The notes below the pieces were generated by a model. It was given only the letters and a program-made list of their open reading frames with translations. It did not search any database and was not told where the DNA came from. Made by a program: the position numbers and the translations under genes. From a virus (lineage: Duplodnaviria > Caudoviricetes), in IMG/VR virus record IMGVR_UViG_3300034100_000010, positions 1 through 59,086 of that record: a DNA stretch of 59,086 nucleotides; one strand, given 5' to 3'. Shown here one piece after another: positions 57,518 to 59,086 of this stretch (position 1 is its first letter; the number at the start of each line of letters is the position of its first letter).

Positions 57518-57781
57518 TTACTTAACCTCAGTTTCAAAACTAAATATTGCTGTACAACAAGTACAGTAAATAACCTTGAATTTCTTACCACCATAGAATT
57601 CTGTAAATGACTGAACATACGCCGCGTCTTTGATTATCTCTGTGTCTTCATTCTTGCAGTATAAGCACATTTCATTTTTGTCGCGGTGTGGGTTGGTGTA
57701 ACCATAAGGAGATTCCCACCGATCATTTGGTATCGTCTTAAATGAAGTTCTTGCTATTTCGTTTTTTGTTAGCGTTCTCAT
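57518..57781 (-). CDS. Zinc-ribbon hypothetical protein
   Basis: CLYC and CTCC motifs. Confidence 0.5.
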   Translation of the reverse strand: MRTLTKNEIARTSFKTIPNDRWESPYGYTNPHRDKNEMCLYCKNEDTEIIKDAAYVQSFTEFYGGKKFKVIYCTCCTAIFSFETEVK

Positions 57782-57867
57782 TTACTTGTCTTTATATACA
57801 ATATACGCAAAAACCCCGAAAATGCAAATTGGGAACACTATATACTTTCCAATAGCCTCTATGATTT

Positions 57868-58239
57868 CTACTGACATTTCAGTTTCTCCAATCGTTTAAG
57901 CTCTGCTTGAGCATAGTAAATGATCTTTTTAATGTCACGAATTTCTGGTGAATGTTTGACCAACCCATAACGATAACACGCTCTGAACACCTCGCCAATT
58001 TGTGCATTCATGTTGCGATGGCTAATCAAATCCTGAAGTTCTTTAGCGCCTTCTGGTAGTTCGTAGTAACCCGCTGTTGAACCGTCTGATTCTTGCTTCA
58101 CAACATCTTGAGGTTTATGGTGTTCTTCGGCAGCAGACTTTTTAATCAAACCTTTGAGTTTCTCAGCAAGTTTTGGTGTTACCACAAACGCTGAGTCAGG
58201 TAATTCGTATTCGTAAGGTTTGTATTGGTGCTCGATCAT
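57868..58239 (-). CDS. DUF3310-like phage protein
   Basis: SDGSTAGYY...DLI...G.VF.ACYR.G...DIKKIIYY pattern. Confidence 0.55.
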   Translation of the reverse strand: MIEHQYKPYEYELPDSAFVVTPKLAEKLKGLIKKSAAEEHHKPQDVVKQESDGSTAGYYELPEGAKELQDLISHRNMNAQIGEVFRACYRYGLVKHSPEIRDIKKIIYYAQAELKRLEKLKCQ

Positions 58240-58448
58240 TTCAAATCTTCCTTGATCATCGCAGCCGTTGCACGTTTGTCATAGACTCCGCGACACTCTT
58301 TCCAGTAGTCGTTAAACATTGCCTCAAATCGTTTGGTGCTAGAGGTAGGTACAATCTTGACTTTCTTGTCGATTACCCACACGCCAACAGGTGATTTCAG
58401 TGCTGCTTCCATGATGCGTGTTACGTTATCAAATGTTGCGGTTGTCAT
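58236..58448 (-). CDS. Hypothetical protein
   Basis: AGGA RBS; coupled to the next gene. Confidence 0.55.
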   Translation of the reverse strand: MTTATFDNVTRIMEAALKSPVGVWVIDKKVKIVPTSSTKRFEAMFNDYWKECRGVYDKRATAAMIKEDLK

Positions 58449-58457
58449 TTTAGTTCC

Positions 58458-58772
58458 TTAATGTATATAATCTTTACTTGGTGGTACCAGCTTTTTGGCT
58501 TTCACGAACGCCTGAATATCGGTAATGTCTTCTTCTGTCAAATTTTCAGCTTCTGCGTATAAATCGATAAAGAACCAACACAAATTCATCAGTTGTCCGG
58601 CGTTGATATTTACATTCAACAAAACGTCAAACGGGTCTTCATCTTCTTGGAGGTTGTTCTCCAAGTCCATTGCAACTCCCAAGGCCCAGTCCAAAGTTTC
58701 ACGGCCTGTCGGAAGACCATCTAGGTCGTCTTCTTCGTTTGGTTCTTCAAAGTTGTCTTGTTTGTCTGGCAT
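58458..58772 (-). CDS. Acidic hypothetical protein
   Basis: D/E-rich 104-aa ORF. Confidence 0.55.
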   Translation of the reverse strand: MPDKQDNFEEPNEEDDLDGLPTGRETLDWALGVAMDLENNLQEDEDPFDVLLNVNINAGQLMNLCWFFIDLYAEAENLTEEDITDIQAFVKAKKLVPPSKDYIH

Positions 58773-58773
58773 T

Positions 58774-58998
58774 TTATACCTTCATATGTATCCATTCAAT
58801 CAACAATGTGCGAAATTCAGTAATTGTTGGTGGTGAAACTAAACAAAGTTCGTCGAAGTCCATAGACTTAACACATATTTCAGGCAACCAGTACCCATAA
58901 CCATCAAACTCTAGGTTATCGCATAACCATTCTAAGATTTGTGTGTCTGTCATACTACAGCAGCTTTCATAAGGATTTCTTTCTTGTGTTTGCGCCAA
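58774..58998 (-). CDS. Hypothetical protein
   Basis: Packed ORF; start uncertain. Confidence 0.4.
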   Translation of the reverse strand: MAQTQERNPYESCCSMTDTQILEWLCDNLEFDGYGYWLPEICVKSMDFDELCLVSPPTITEFRTLLIEWIHMKV

Positions 58999-59086
58999 AA
59001 TTTAAGCGCATTAATGTCCATAGAGTTAATCTCGTCATCGCTAAACCCAGCCCAAGCCTCCTTAGTGTGGCGCTGGCAGCCGATGC

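Noticed and set aside
1-59086. tRNA genes, integrase, large terminase, portal and major capsid
   Set aside because: None recognised by eye; head genes probably lie outside the window, and tRNAscan-SE would be needed to exclude tRNAs.

Overview
The window is a 59-kb segment of a tailed dsDNA phage genome (siphovirus-type, AT-rich). The host is probably proteobacterial, judging by an RpoH-like sigma factor. No host chromosomal genes, tRNAs or CRISPR arrays were recognised. The left arm (1-33.5 kb, mostly + strand) holds a TPP-dependent E1 alpha/beta pair split by a homing endonuclease, virion accessory proteins, a VRR-NUC nuclease, a probable small terminase, a metallophosphoesterase, PhoH, head-tail joining and tail genes, a tape measure, fibres and lysis genes. 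A 3.2-kb block with the tail assembly chaperones is inverted between tail tube and tape measure. The right arm (33.6-59 kb, - strand) holds replication and early genes: primase-helicase, YqaJ exonuclease, DinG and SNF2 helicases, RNA ligase, deaminase, DNA ligase, dUTPase, family-B DNA polymerase, Ro60/TROVE, a TraR-like protein and the sigma factor. The strongest non-coding signals are four. (1) Two identical 57-bp structured repeats with different but self-complementary closing stems fill the leader between a consensus sigma70 promoter and the Ro60 gene; these are candidate minimal Y RNAs. (2) A GC-richer island has the signature of two integron-type gene cassettes with attC-like sites. (3) A C4-antisense-like cloverleaf with its matching target lies upstream of a homing endonuclease. 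(4) A ~95-nt promoter-to-terminator sRNA carries anti-Shine-Dalgarno-like loops. All family assignments come from motif recognition by eye; no searches were run.
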